Shown here piece by piece: positions 32,188 through 41,212 of a stretch of 64,000 nt of DNA; position 1 is the first letter of the stretch, and each line of letters opens with the position of its first letter. The notes under the pieces are model-generated. The model worked only from the letters and a program-made list of their open reading frames with translations. It was not told where the DNA came from and searched no databases. The stretch comes from Pirellulales bacterium (lineage in GTDB: Bacteria; Planctomycetota; Planctomycetia; Pirellulales; JAEUIK01). Location of the stretch: the NCBI GenBank assembly GCA_050184475.1, contig JBFXAH010000011.1:75208-139207 (forward strand), in the 5' to 3' direction. Position numbers and translations under genes: made by a program.

Positions 32188-33455
32188 ATGACAAGCATGC
32201 ACGGGAAGCTGCCGAGGCTGCGACCGGTATTTTCGCTACGCACCTTGGTGCTGGCAATCGCGCTGGCAGCGTGCGTGTTCGGTTTGCCGCAAGGGAAGCC
32301 ACCCTGGGAGTTGGGCTTCACGATAAAGGGAGATTTCAGCGACGCGTCATTCTCGCCCGACAGGCGGATGTTGGCGGCGACCTATCGCTGGGAACCACAG
32401 CTCATGGTTTGCGACGCCCGCTCGGGCAAGGAGCTGTACTTGCTGGGCGATCGGTTGCTTTCCCGCCATGGCGGAGCGGCAAGTCAACGCACCTGCTTTC
32501 TCGATTCGAACTCGCTGGTGTTTCTTTGCGGCGAGAAGGGGGAGCTGCAACTCTGGGATTTGACGGCCAAACGCTTACTCGATCAGGCCGATTTGGGCGT
32601 AATCGAGGGTTTCTGCGCGAAGACGGGGCGGGCGGTCACGCATCCCGCAGGTGATCAGTCCAATGACGTTTGGGATCTCACGACGACGAAGTCACTTTTA
32701 AGGCGCCAGAAGGTTGACGTTGGCGATCATGCATACTGGGCGACTTTCAGTGACGACGGTTCGTCACTGCTAGTGCAAACGCGAAACCAGTTCGCTTGGG
32801 TTCCGCTGGAAAGCGACGCGCCCATCGAGTACTTCGATATACGGCGAAAGCCGGACTATCGCGGCCATGTGTCGATCGCGCCGAAGCACGACAGGTTTGT
32901 CGCCTGTGATTCGAGTGGAGCCTATCTATATGAACGTGGCAGGCTGCAAACGGTGCGGAAATTGACGACCTCCGCTTGCCAACAGAGTGCGTTCAGTCCC
33001 GACTCACGCCAATTGGCCATCGCTCAAAGCGGAAACGGTGCGAGTCGTGCAGGGGGCATTCAGATTGTCGGTTTGGACTCAGGTCGATCGCTATTTGTCG
33101 ATCGCGGCGCAATTGTGTTAGCGTCCAGTTCAATAGTTCGGGGTCCCGAATACTAGGGTACGGAAATGATCGCTGGTTTGTGCTCGACGCTGCTACTGGA
33201 AAAACGCTTCATGAATCGTCTCTCCTGGGGAAGGCGGGCTACCCAGTCCTGAGTCCTGTCAAAATGACGAACGACGGCAAAACAGTAGCGTTCATCGGCG
33301 ACTCTGAGCTCAACGTCTGGCATCGCAACTATCCTGAGCACTGGCAACCTTGGTTTCGCGGGCTCTATTTTGCGCTGACTGGCCTGGCGGCACTGGCGTT
33401 CGTGGTCAGCCTGGTGATCGACCATCGTCGTGGACGGGCGCATCGCGGCCTGTGA
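32188..33455 (+). pseudogene. membrane-anchored WD40-like beta-propeller protein, apparently frameshifted near 33105..33122 (leader-family gene 4)
   Basis: Frame 1 (to the stop at 33156) contains WD-like blades (ASFSPDRRMLAA, LQLWDLTAKRLL, ATFSDDGSSLLV, SAFSPDSRQLAIA). The -1 frame (ORF 32976..33455) continues with VSVQFNSSGSRILGYGNDRWFVLDAATGKTLH...NDGKTVAFIGDSELNVWH and a C-terminal TM segment. Confidence 0.55.
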
Positions 33456-33708
33456 ACGGTGCATGCAGCAATCCGCCAAACGCCCGGGTGACCGCGCTTG
33501 TCGTGGGCAGGAATTCACTATCCTCAAATTTCTCAGATTACGCAGATGAGTTGCTCGCGGACTCGTCTGCTTTGGCAATCTGCGTTAATCGGCGAAATCT
33601 GCGGACCACAAAGCTGCATTTCTTTGCGACTTGGCGACTTGGCGCGAGATCCACGTTCCTTCGCGCGGCGAGATCGCCTCTGTCCCTGCTGCCCATACCC
33701 CAACACAC

Positions 33709-34045
33709 CCGAGCGGTGGCAATCCGGCCCCGAGTTGTGCCGTCTATTCGAGTTCAGGTCCAATAACAAGACACCAGGACGCAAATGGTTGACCCGGACG
33801 CAAACCGGACGGTCACCCGGACGCAAATCGAGCTGCGAGTTTCATGCCCCGCGTTGTGCCGTGTAACTTGAGTTCGGGTCCAATACCAAGACACCCGGAC
33901 GCAAATGGCTGACCCGGACGCAAACCGGACGGTCACCCGGACGCAAAACCAGCGGCGTGTTACACGCCCCAAGTTGTGCCGCCGATTCGAGTTCGGGTCC
34001 AATACCAAGACACCCGGACGCACCCGGACGCAAAATTACGGACCA
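33709..34045 (+). repeat. tandem repeat, ~120-bp unit x ~2.7, containing a nested 13-mer ACCCGGACGCAAA array
   Basis: Units start with GTTGTGCCG at 33734, 33853 and 33973 (periods 119 and 120). There are 8 copies of CC(C/A)GGACGCA, plus 2 CCGGACGG and 1 ACGGACC. It lies in an ~800-bp gene-free gap. Confidence 0.9.
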
Positions 34046-34261
34046 TCTTATATCGTGGGGGGGTGGTGGCCCGGGGGAGCGGTTCGTGCCGCGGCTCGAT
34101 GCCACCCCTTGCGGTGTCGGCGAGCGAGAAGAGCCGCAGATCGGCGGAGCCGGGTGAGCGACCGCCGGTGCCAGCCAGAGCGCTGCGCATGCCCGCGGGC
34201 CGCGAGACCTCTATACTGCGATAGGCAACGTGGTCGAGTGTTCTCGGAACAAGGGGCCCTC

Positions 34262-36514
34262 ATGCTTCGCGCGCTGATCGCCCTGGGTGGGCCGGTCTTT
34301 GGTAAAGAGCTCGTCGAGCTGGCTCGCCGTCGCCGCTACTATGCCACGCGGCTGCTGTATGGGCTGGCCCTGCTGCTGGCGATCTTCATCGCCTGGGAGG
34401 CGAGTAGCTTCACGGTAACGTTCGGCAGCCGCGCGCCGACGATCGCCGATGTGGCCCGGCTCGCCTCGGCGCTCTTCTGGGCCGTGGCGATCGTGCAATA
34501 CGGCGCGGTCTATTTGTTCGTGCCGATCATGCTTTCGGGCACGATCTGCAGCGAACGCGAGGAGCACACGCTCGAACTCCTCTTCACCACGCACTTGCGC
34601 GACCGCGAGATCGTGTTGGGCAAAGTCGGCAGCCGGCTGGCCGTGGTATTTCTGTTGTTCTTGAGCGGCCTGCCCGTGCTGGCGATCATCCGGTTGTTCG
34701 GCGGCATCGATGGCACGACGCTGGTGCGCGTCGAGGCGGCCACGCTGTTGGCGATGTTCGTCGCCGGCTCGCTGGCCACGTACTTTTCGACCGTCAGCCC
34801 CTCGCCGATGGTGGCGCTGGTGCGCACCTATTGGTGGCTGGCACTGTGGCTGCTGATCGGGCCCGTTGTGCTGCAGTTGGTCCTCGCGCTCCTGAGTCTG
34901 GGCTCGCATTCGTCGACGCTCTGGATGCGGATGAACATGGTGTTGCTGTGGGTCAACCCGCTGGGGCTGTTCGGGGTGTCGTTCGAGCCACGGCTCATGC
35001 AGAGTTTCGGTGTCGGCGGCTGGTGGCTGTTTACCGGCTACTGGAGCATGTACCTGATTCCGTCGCTCGTCGCCTTGTTCTTCTCGTGGCGGGCGGTGCG
35101 GCGGCTGCGGTATCCGCCACGACCTTTGTTCAGCCTGCGGCGGCTGGTGCAGAACCCGGCCTACGATCGCGATCCGCTCGAGGCGCTTGCCCGTCGTGGA
35201 CCACCGCCGCTACCTGCGGCGGCCACGGCCCCGCGCGTTGCGTTGGCCGGCGAAGAATTGCCGGTGCTGTCCGAGATCATGGCCGTCGACGCCGCGCCGC
35301 CCGACGTTGCCCAGCCGGCCGCTGGCGGCACGCTGCCCGCCTCGAGCGAAGCATCGCCGTTCGCCGGCCCGTCGCAGCCGGCCGTCGCCCCGCAACCATC
35401 CTCGGCGGTGGCACAAGCCACCAAGAGTCGCTTCTTCGCGGTGCGCAATCCGCTGTGGCGCCGCGCGCGGCTGGCGCGCGTTTACGATCGCGATCGCTAT
35501 CTGTTCCGCATTCAGATCGCCGGCGCCGTGCTGTTGGCGGGCATCTTCTTATTGACCTTTTTGCTGGCCGTGGCCAATAACTTTCAGGGGGACATCGACT
35601 ACGAGATGGTGCTCGGTTTTCTCGTGCCGACCTGGATCACCGTCTGGTTCTTGACGGCCATCGTCGCCGGCACGAGCGTGGTCGGCGATCGCCGACGCGG
35701 ATTTCTCGACCAGGTGCTCGTCACTCCGCTCGAGGCCCGCGATTTCGTGCTCGGCACCTGGCTGGCAGTGTTCGAGCATCTGAAACTGGCGTACGCCGTG
35801 CCCGCCGTGATCGTGCTGGTCTTTATTTTGGCGTTTGGCATGCCGATTGTGCCGGCCGTGTTGTCGTGGCTGCTCGGCGTCGCCTTCGGCGCGGTGCTGG
35901 TCGCGCTGGGCACGACTTGTTCGCTGGTCGCCAAGCAAACCGGCCAGGCGATTGTGCCGGTGTTGGCGCTGCCGCTGGTGCTGGCCATCGGCTGGCCGAT
36001 GCTGGTCGTCGGCGACATGCCCTGGAACAGGCATAACGAAGAGAACTGGTACTTCACTTGCTGTGCTGCCGTGCTGTGCATTGCGGCCGCTGCCTGGGTG
36101 TTCACGCGGCAGCGCATGACGTCGCTGCGCGTCGGCGTGTTGTCGATCTGCGTCTATCAGCTCCTGATTCTGGCGCTCTCGCCCTTGGTGCTCAACGTGC
36201 ATGACGAGATTGCGCACGGCTATCTGGACTGGCCCGACGAACTAGCGTTGGCGAGCAACTGCGTGGGCGTAATGGTCTACGTTGTGGCGGAATTCCCCGA
36301 GCATCGCTATCGAGGTTCGTATGTTGAAGTGCGCCATTATGCCGGCAACCTGGCGCTGATCTGGAGCACTCCGTTTCTGGTGGCCGCCCTCGGCTATTTG
36401 GTCTGGAGCTACTTCTGGCTGACGCGCAACTTCGACCGCCTGACCGAACGCACCCTCTTCAAGCGCAGTGGCGGCACCGTCACCTCGACCAGCGAGCAGG
36501 TGCCGGTCGCCTGA
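34262..36514 (+). CDS. polytopic membrane protein with two ABC-2-permease-like modules joined by a Pro/Ala-rich linker
   Basis: ORF 33905..36514, trimmed to the ATG at 34262 (MLRALIALGGPVFGKELVELARRRRYYATRLLYGLALLL). The second module restarts with FAVRNPLWRRARLARVYDRDRYLFRIQIAGAVLLAGIF. Each module has about 6 TM helices. There is no adjacent ATPase. Confidence 0.6.
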   Translation: MLRALIALGGPVFGKELVELARRRRYYATRLLYGLALLLAIFIAWEASSFTVTFGSRAPTIADVARLASALFWAVAIVQYGAVYLFVPIMLSGTICSEREEHTLELLFTTHLRDREIVLGKVGSRLAVVFLLFLSGLPVLAIIRLFGGIDGTTLVRVEAATLLAMFVAGSLATYFSTVSPSPMVALVRTYWWLALWLLIGPVVLQLVLALLSLGSHSSTLWMRMNMVLLWVNPLGLFGVSFEPRLMQSFGVGGWWLFTGYWSMYLIPSLVALFFSWRAVRRLRYPPRPLFSLRRLVQNPAYDRDPLEALARRGPPPLPAAATAPRVALAGEELPVLSEIMAVDAAPPDVAQPAAGGTLPASSEASPFAGPSQPAVAPQPSSAVAQATKSRFFAVRNPLWRRARLARVYDRDRYLFRIQIAGAVLLAGIFLLTFLLAVANNFQGDIDYEMVLGFLVPTWITVWFLTAIVAGTSVVGDRRRGFLDQVLVTPLEARDFVLGTWLAVFEHLKLAYAVPAVIVLVFILAFGMPIVPAVLSWLLGVAFGAVLVALGTTCSLVAKQTGQAIVPVLALPLVLAIGWPMLVVGDMPWNRHNEENWYFTCCAAVLCIAAAAWVFTRQRMTSLRVGVLSICVYQLLILALSPLVLNVHDEIAHGYLDWPDELALASNCVGVMVYVVAEFPEHRYRGSYVEVRHYAGNLALIWSTPFLVAALGYLVWSYFWLTRNFDRLTERTLFKRSGGTVTSTSEQVPVA

Positions 36515-36560
36515 CGAGCAACCAAGCCGGCGACGCACGGCTGAGAATAAAACCGAGCTC

Positions 36561-38507
36561 TCACCCCAAGCCATACCGCTCTTGCAGCACGCAGGCGCTG
36601 GCGACGGTAGTGAGAATAAAGCTCACGCCGCTCCGTTTGCGCTCTTCGAGACTGGGCAGTTTGTCGAGCAACTCGATAATCGCGCGCTGGTCGAAGAACG
36701 GCAGCGATCGCAGCGCCGGGCCGCGCAGCGTGTCCTGCAACAATTGCATGAACCGACCCGACAAGTCGAGCGCCGCCGGCGGCGCCAGAAACGGGTGCTT
36801 TTGGCGGCGATAGACGGTATCGGTGATGTACGGCTTGACCGCTTCGCGCAGCACGTACTTCTCGGTCAGGCCGCGAATCTTCAGCGACACCGGCAGTTGG
36901 GCCACGCGCTCGACCACCTGATGATCGAGGAACGGCACCCGCCCCTCGATCGAGTGAGCCATTTCCATCCGGTCGCCGAGGAAGTTCAGCAAGTAATTGC
37001 ACAACGTCGAGCGGGTCCAGAGATAGAGCGCCTGGTTGACCGGGTCGCGGCCGGCCAGTTGCCCTTCGACGTCAAACTTGTTCAGAAACACGCGGAACGC
37101 GTCGCGCTGCGGAAATTCGGCGGCGAATTGCGGATGAAACAGCCGGCGATAACGAACCGCGTTGGCGCTGCGCGTCTCCATCCACGACGGCACGAATCCC
37201 AGCGTGTGCTGCACCGTGTCCATCGACATCGGCGAGCCGGTCGGCAGCAACAGCCCTCGCGAAACTTCGTTCTCGGCGGTGAGCTGCGCCAGCAGGCGAT
37301 CGACTTCGGCCGGATCTTGACCGGCCGAGTTGTACAGCAGCATGTCGCGGCGAAAGTGGGCGTAGCCGCCGAGGATCTCGTCCGAACCTTCGCCGGTGAG
37401 CACGACCTTGTAACCCTGGTCGCGCACCATTTGGCTGAGCATGAATTTGGCCACGCCGTGCGGATTGGCCGTCGTCACTTCGGCGTGCCAGACGGCGTCG
37501 GAAAAATGATCGGCCAACTGCGTCTGCGTCACGCGCAGCGGGCAGAAATCGGCGCCGGCTCGGGCCGCCATTTCGCGGGCGACTTCTTCCTCGTTGTAGG
37601 CCGCCGTGTCGAAGCAGAGCGTAAACGCCCGGATCGGCTCGGGGTGATGCCGCGCGGCCAGCCCCAACAGCGCGCAAGAATCGATCCCACCCGACAAATA
37701 GCAGCCGACCGGCACGTCGGCCCGCAAACGCAGCCGGACGGCATCGTCCAACTCGGCCCGCAGGGCTTCGACATGTTCGCGCTCGGCGGCGATCGCGCGC
37801 TGGGGATCGTCGGGCAGTCGCGTGGCTTCGGCCGGCGGGTAGTCGAAATCCCAATAGCGGATTACGCGCACTTGGGTTGGCGTGATCAGCAGGTAGCAAC
37901 CAGGCGGAACCTGGTATACCCCTTGGAAGAGTGAGCGATCCTGATCGAAGTTGACGTGCATCGACTGGTAGAAAGACTCGTGGTCCCACCGTGCCGGCAC
38001 TCCGGCCGCGAACAGCGCCTTGGCTTCCGACGCCAGATAGATGCGCCCGGCGTGCCGGGACCAATACAAGGGCTTGATGCCAAAGCGATCGCGGGCCGCG
38101 ATCAACGTCTCGTTGGCTTCGTCCCAGAGCGCGAAGGCGAACTCGCCACGCAGCCGGTGCAAGGCGCGGGTGCCGCACTCCTGATACAAGTGCAGCGCGA
38201 TCTCGCTGTCGCTCTTGGTGCGCAACTGGTGCCCGCGCTCGACGAGCTCGCGCTGGATCGCCTCGTAGCCGTAGAACTCGCCATTGACGACGATGTGCAG
38301 GTCGTCGTTTTCACTGGCGATCGGCTGATCGCCGGTTTCCAGATCGATGATCGACAGCCGCACATGCCCCAGGGCCACGCGACCGTCGGGCGAGATCCAA
38401 TGACGTCGACCATCGGGCCCGCGGTGTTGGAGCACGGCCAAACCGCGCTGGAGCGCCGGCGTCGAAACCGGCTCCTGCGGTGAAAAAATAGCCAGAATGC
38501 CGCACAC
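36561..38507 (-). CDS. asnB: asparagine synthase (glutamine-hydrolysing)
   Basis: The GTG at 38507 is followed by the catalytic Cys2 (V/M-CGILAIF). The Ntn-amidotransferase domain is followed by the PP-loop CYLSGGIDS. I rejected the upstream extension of the track ORF. Confidence 0.9.
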   Translation of the reverse strand: MCGILAIFSPQEPVSTPALQRGLAVLQHRGPDGRRHWISPDGRVALGHVRLSIIDLETGDQPIASENDDLHIVVNGEFYGYEAIQRELVERGHQLRTKSDSEIALHLYQECGTRALHRLRGEFAFALWDEANETLIAARDRFGIKPLYWSRHAGRIYLASEAKALFAAGVPARWDHESFYQSMHVNFDQDRSLFQGVYQVPPGCYLLITPTQVRVIRYWDFDYPPAEATRLPDDPQRAIAAEREHVEALRAELDDAVRLRLRADVPVGCYLSGGIDSCALLGLAARHHPEPIRAFTLCFDTAAYNEEEVAREMAARAGADFCPLRVTQTQLADHFSDAVWHAEVTTANPHGVAKFMLSQMVRDQGYKVVLTGEGSDEILGGYAHFRRDMLLYNSAGQDPAEVDRLLAQLTAENEVSRGLLLPTGSPMSMDTVQHTLGFVPSWMETRSANAVRYRRLFHPQFAAEFPQRDAFRVFLNKFDVEGQLAGRDPVNQALYLWTRSTLCNYLLNFLGDRMEMAHSIEGRVPFLDHQVVERVAQLPVSLKIRGLTEKYVLREAVKPYITDTVYRRQKHPFLAPPAALDLSGRFMQLLQDTLRGPALRSLPFFDQRAIIELLDKLPSLEERKRSGVSFILTTVASACVLQERYGLG

Positions 38508-38789
38508 GACCGCTTCCCTCTCGCCTATCGGCCCGCAGTGCTGTAACGAACTGCCGAGTTGAGCCCAGCCCCCGGCGTGCGTCAAGCTCGCCCGGTGACA
38601 ATCCCGTGGAGCGTCGATTAGACTGGGAGTGACGCGTGCCGTCGACGTGCGACCGCATACTCGGCCGTCCGCCACGCCTCCGAGCGGCGAGTGATTCGCT
38701 GACTTCCGCGACGTTTTGCTCGATATTTCCAAGGGGTGGCCCGGCGGTCGGCGCCGCCGCGAAGTTCCGCTAACAGAGCGCGTGTGCCG

Positions 38790-39851
38790 ATGGCCCTATG
38801 GATTCTGCGACTGGTGTTTGTCGCCGTGGCGGCCGGAATGGGCGTCTGGATCGTCAAAGGGAGCAATGCGCCAATCAAGCTGCCGGTCGACGACCACCCC
38901 GTGGCGGTCCTGTTGGCCGTGATCGGCATCGCCGTGGGGGTCATCGCCATCGACATGTCGGTCCGCCGCAAGCGGCTCGACACCATCTCGGCTGTCTACT
39001 TTGGCTTGATTGTCGGATTGCTGCTGTCGTATGCCGTGTACCTGGCCACCACGCCGCTGCCGATCGACGCCACGGTGCGCGAGGCGCTGCAACTGGTGAC
39101 CGGCATGGTGCTCTGCTACTTGTGCATCAGCATGCTGTTGCAGACGCGCGACGACTTTCGCTTCATCATTCCCTATGTCGAGTTCGCCCGTGAAGTCAAA
39201 GGGCTCAAGCCCTTCGTCGTGGACACCAGTGCCATCATCGACGGCCGCATTGCCGATATCATCGAAACGAGGTTGTTCGACAGCCAATTGATCGTGCCGC
39301 GGTTTGTGCTCGCCGAACTGCAGGGAATCGCCGACAGCTCCGACCGCTTGCGCCGCAGCCGCGGCCGCCGCGGGCTCGACGTCCTCAACCGACTGCGAAC
39401 CATGACGGGCGTCGATCTGTCGATCTACGAGCGCGAGCCACAGGAGATCGTCGATCAGCCGGTCGACCTCAAACTGATCCTGTTGGCCAAGCACCTCAAC
39501 GCCAAGGTAATCACGGGCGATTACAACCTGAACAAGGTGGCGCAACTGCACGACGTGGGGGTGATCAACCTCAACGATCTGGCCAACGCGCTGAAGCCGA
39601 TCTTTCTCCCCGGCGAAGCGCTCGAAGTCCGCGTCGTCAAACCTGGTGAAGAGCCCGGCCAGGGGGTGGGCTATCTCGACGACGGCACGATGGTCGTCAT
39701 CGAAGCCGGCCGCGATCAGGTCGGCCGCACCGTGCGGCTTACCGTCACCAGCGTGTTGCAAACGAGCGCCGGCCGCATGATCTTTGGCCGCTACGACGCG
39801 CCCGCCACGCGCGAGCCCCAGCCGGCTGCCGCGGGAGGGGCGCGCAAGTAG
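38790..39851 (+). CDS. PIN/TRAM domain membrane-associated protein (YacL-like)
   Basis: N-terminal TM helices. PIN core LKPFVVDTSAIIDGRIADI...VPRFVLAELQ...ITGDYNLNKVA. C-terminal TRAM-like GEALEVRVVKPGEEPGQGVGYLDDGTMVVIE. Confidence 0.8.
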   Translation: MALWILRLVFVAVAAGMGVWIVKGSNAPIKLPVDDHPVAVLLAVIGIAVGVIAIDMSVRRKRLDTISAVYFGLIVGLLLSYAVYLATTPLPIDATVREALQLVTGMVLCYLCISMLLQTRDDFRFIIPYVEFAREVKGLKPFVVDTSAIIDGRIADIIETRLFDSQLIVPRFVLAELQGIADSSDRLRRSRGRRGLDVLNRLRTMTGVDLSIYEREPQEIVDQPVDLKLILLAKHLNAKVITGDYNLNKVAQLHDVGVINLNDLANALKPIFLPGEALEVRVVKPGEEPGQGVGYLDDGTMVVIEAGRDQVGRTVRLTVTSVLQTSAGRMIFGRYDAPATREPQPAAAGGARK

Positions 39852-39942
39852 CCGCGCCACGCGCGGGGCAACTTCGGCGGATGATAGCGCCAGCCGCGAG
39901 GACTCGCGCAACTTGCAGGCCCTGCACGGAGGATCGCCGACG

Positions 39943-40299
39943 ATGAAGAACCTCGCTCCGCTCGGCAAGATGACGGCCTTTTACATTCCGTCGCACAAGC
40001 TCGACGGGCCCGGTTTCGACAGCGTCGAGACGGCCCGCCGCACGATCCACGAATTCTTGATCGCCCATTACAAGGCCTACACGCACACCCCCTCGCCGGT
40101 CAAAGGCTACTGGCTCAGCGGCCGCGGCGTGCTTCTGCACGACGTGATGGAGCGGTTCGAAGTGTCGTTCGATCGCGAGGTCGACTACGAACGGCTGATC
40201 GTGTTTCTGACCGAGTTGGCTCACCGGCTCGACGAAGAATCGATCTACCTTACGCGCGGCGATGAGAGCTTTCTGGTGAACCGCCGCGAACCAACCTGA
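39943..40299 (+). CDS. hypothetical protein (118 aa)
   Basis: The ATG at 39943 is preceded by GGAGGA (39928..39933). Its composition is non-repetitive and unlike spurious high-GC frames. No family recognised. Confidence 0.5.
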   Translation: MKNLAPLGKMTAFYIPSHKLDGPGFDSVETARRTIHEFLIAHYKAYTHTPSPVKGYWLSGRGVLLHDVMERFEVSFDREVDYERLIVFLTELAHRLDEESIYLTRGDESFLVNRREPT

Positions 40300-40306
40300 C
40301 GCATCG

Positions 40307-41206
40307 TCACGCGTAAAGCGGGTTGGGCAACTCCGGCAGGCAGGCCACGTCGACCGACAAATCCATGGTGTGCTGCCCGCCGCCGTGAATCACCCCTTTG
40401 ATCGGGTTGACGTCGTCGTAGTCGCGCCCCCAGGCCAGCAGAATGTGCTCGTCGGAGACCACCTTGTTGTTCGTCGGGTCGACGTCGATCCAACCGTTGA
40501 CGGGATCGTAGACCGACAGCCAGGCGTGCGTCGCGTCGGCCCCCACCAACGCCTCCTTGCCGGGCGGGGGGACCGTCCGCAAGTAACCGCTGACGTAGCG
40601 GGCCGCCAGACCGAGCGACCGCAGGCAGGCGATCTCCAGGTGGGCGAAATCCTGGCACACGCCGCGCCGCTTGGCGAACACTTCATCGAGCGGCGTCGAG
40701 ACGGTCGTCGCCTGCGGATCGTAGGAGAAGTCTTCATGGATCCGCGTGGTTAAATCGAGCACCCCGTCGTACAAGCTGGCCCCGGCGGCGAACGACTGCT
40801 CGGCATAGGCGGCCAGCTTGGCGCTGGGCTGCACGTACCGCGACGCAAAGGCGAACTGATAGGCCGCGAGCGATTCGCGGCTGCGGTCCGCGCGCAGGCG
40901 ATCGCGAACCGCTTCCCACGTGACCGACGTGGTGAGGGCAGTCGGCAAGCGCGGCGCCACCTCGACGTAGTGCGTGGCGATCATCGACAGGTCGCGATGC
41001 GGCTCCTGCACCGTGCAAAAGGTCGCCCGGTTGCCGAAATAGTCGCCGTACGTGAAGCGCAGCGCCGGCTCGGGACGAATCTCGAGCTGCGTCCGCCAGC
41101 AGTACTGATCGGGCAAGTCGCGCGGCGTCAGATGCGACAGGTTCTGGCAGAGCGTCACCGGCTCGCTGTAGTGATAGATTGTCTTGTGCAGCACTCGGTA
41201 GTACAT
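40307..41206 (-). CDS. transglutaminase-like protein (Bact_transglu_N + transglutaminase core)
   Basis: MYYRVLHKTIYHYSEPV (N-terminal domain). Catalytic Cys in RGVCQDFAHLEIACLRSLGLAARYVSGY, and His/Asp in THAWLSVY...WIDVDPTN. Confidence 0.85.
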   Translation of the reverse strand: MYYRVLHKTIYHYSEPVTLCQNLSHLTPRDLPDQYCWRTQLEIRPEPALRFTYGDYFGNRATFCTVQEPHRDLSMIATHYVEVAPRLPTALTTSVTWEAVRDRLRADRSRESLAAYQFAFASRYVQPSAKLAAYAEQSFAAGASLYDGVLDLTTRIHEDFSYDPQATTVSTPLDEVFAKRRGVCQDFAHLEIACLRSLGLAARYVSGYLRTVPPPGKEALVGADATHAWLSVYDPVNGWIDVDPTNNKVVSDEHILLAWGRDYDDVNPIKGVIHGGGQHTMDLSVDVACLPELPNPLYA

Positions 41207-41212
41207 GACGAG

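Noticed and set aside
33709-34045. The tandem repeat considered as a CRISPR array.
   Set aside because: The period is about 120 bp, with ~90 bp conserved and ~25 bp diverged but still homologous. There are only ~2.7 units and no cas genes in the window. CRISPR repeats of 28-37 bp with unique spacers are not present.
33905-34261. A 119-codon N-terminal extension of the double ABC-2 permease ORF, running through the tandem repeat.
   Set aside because: The extension simply translates the repeat units (…RTQNQRRVTRPKLCRRFEFGSNTKTPGRTRTQ…). The ATG at 34262 gives a typical permease N-terminus.
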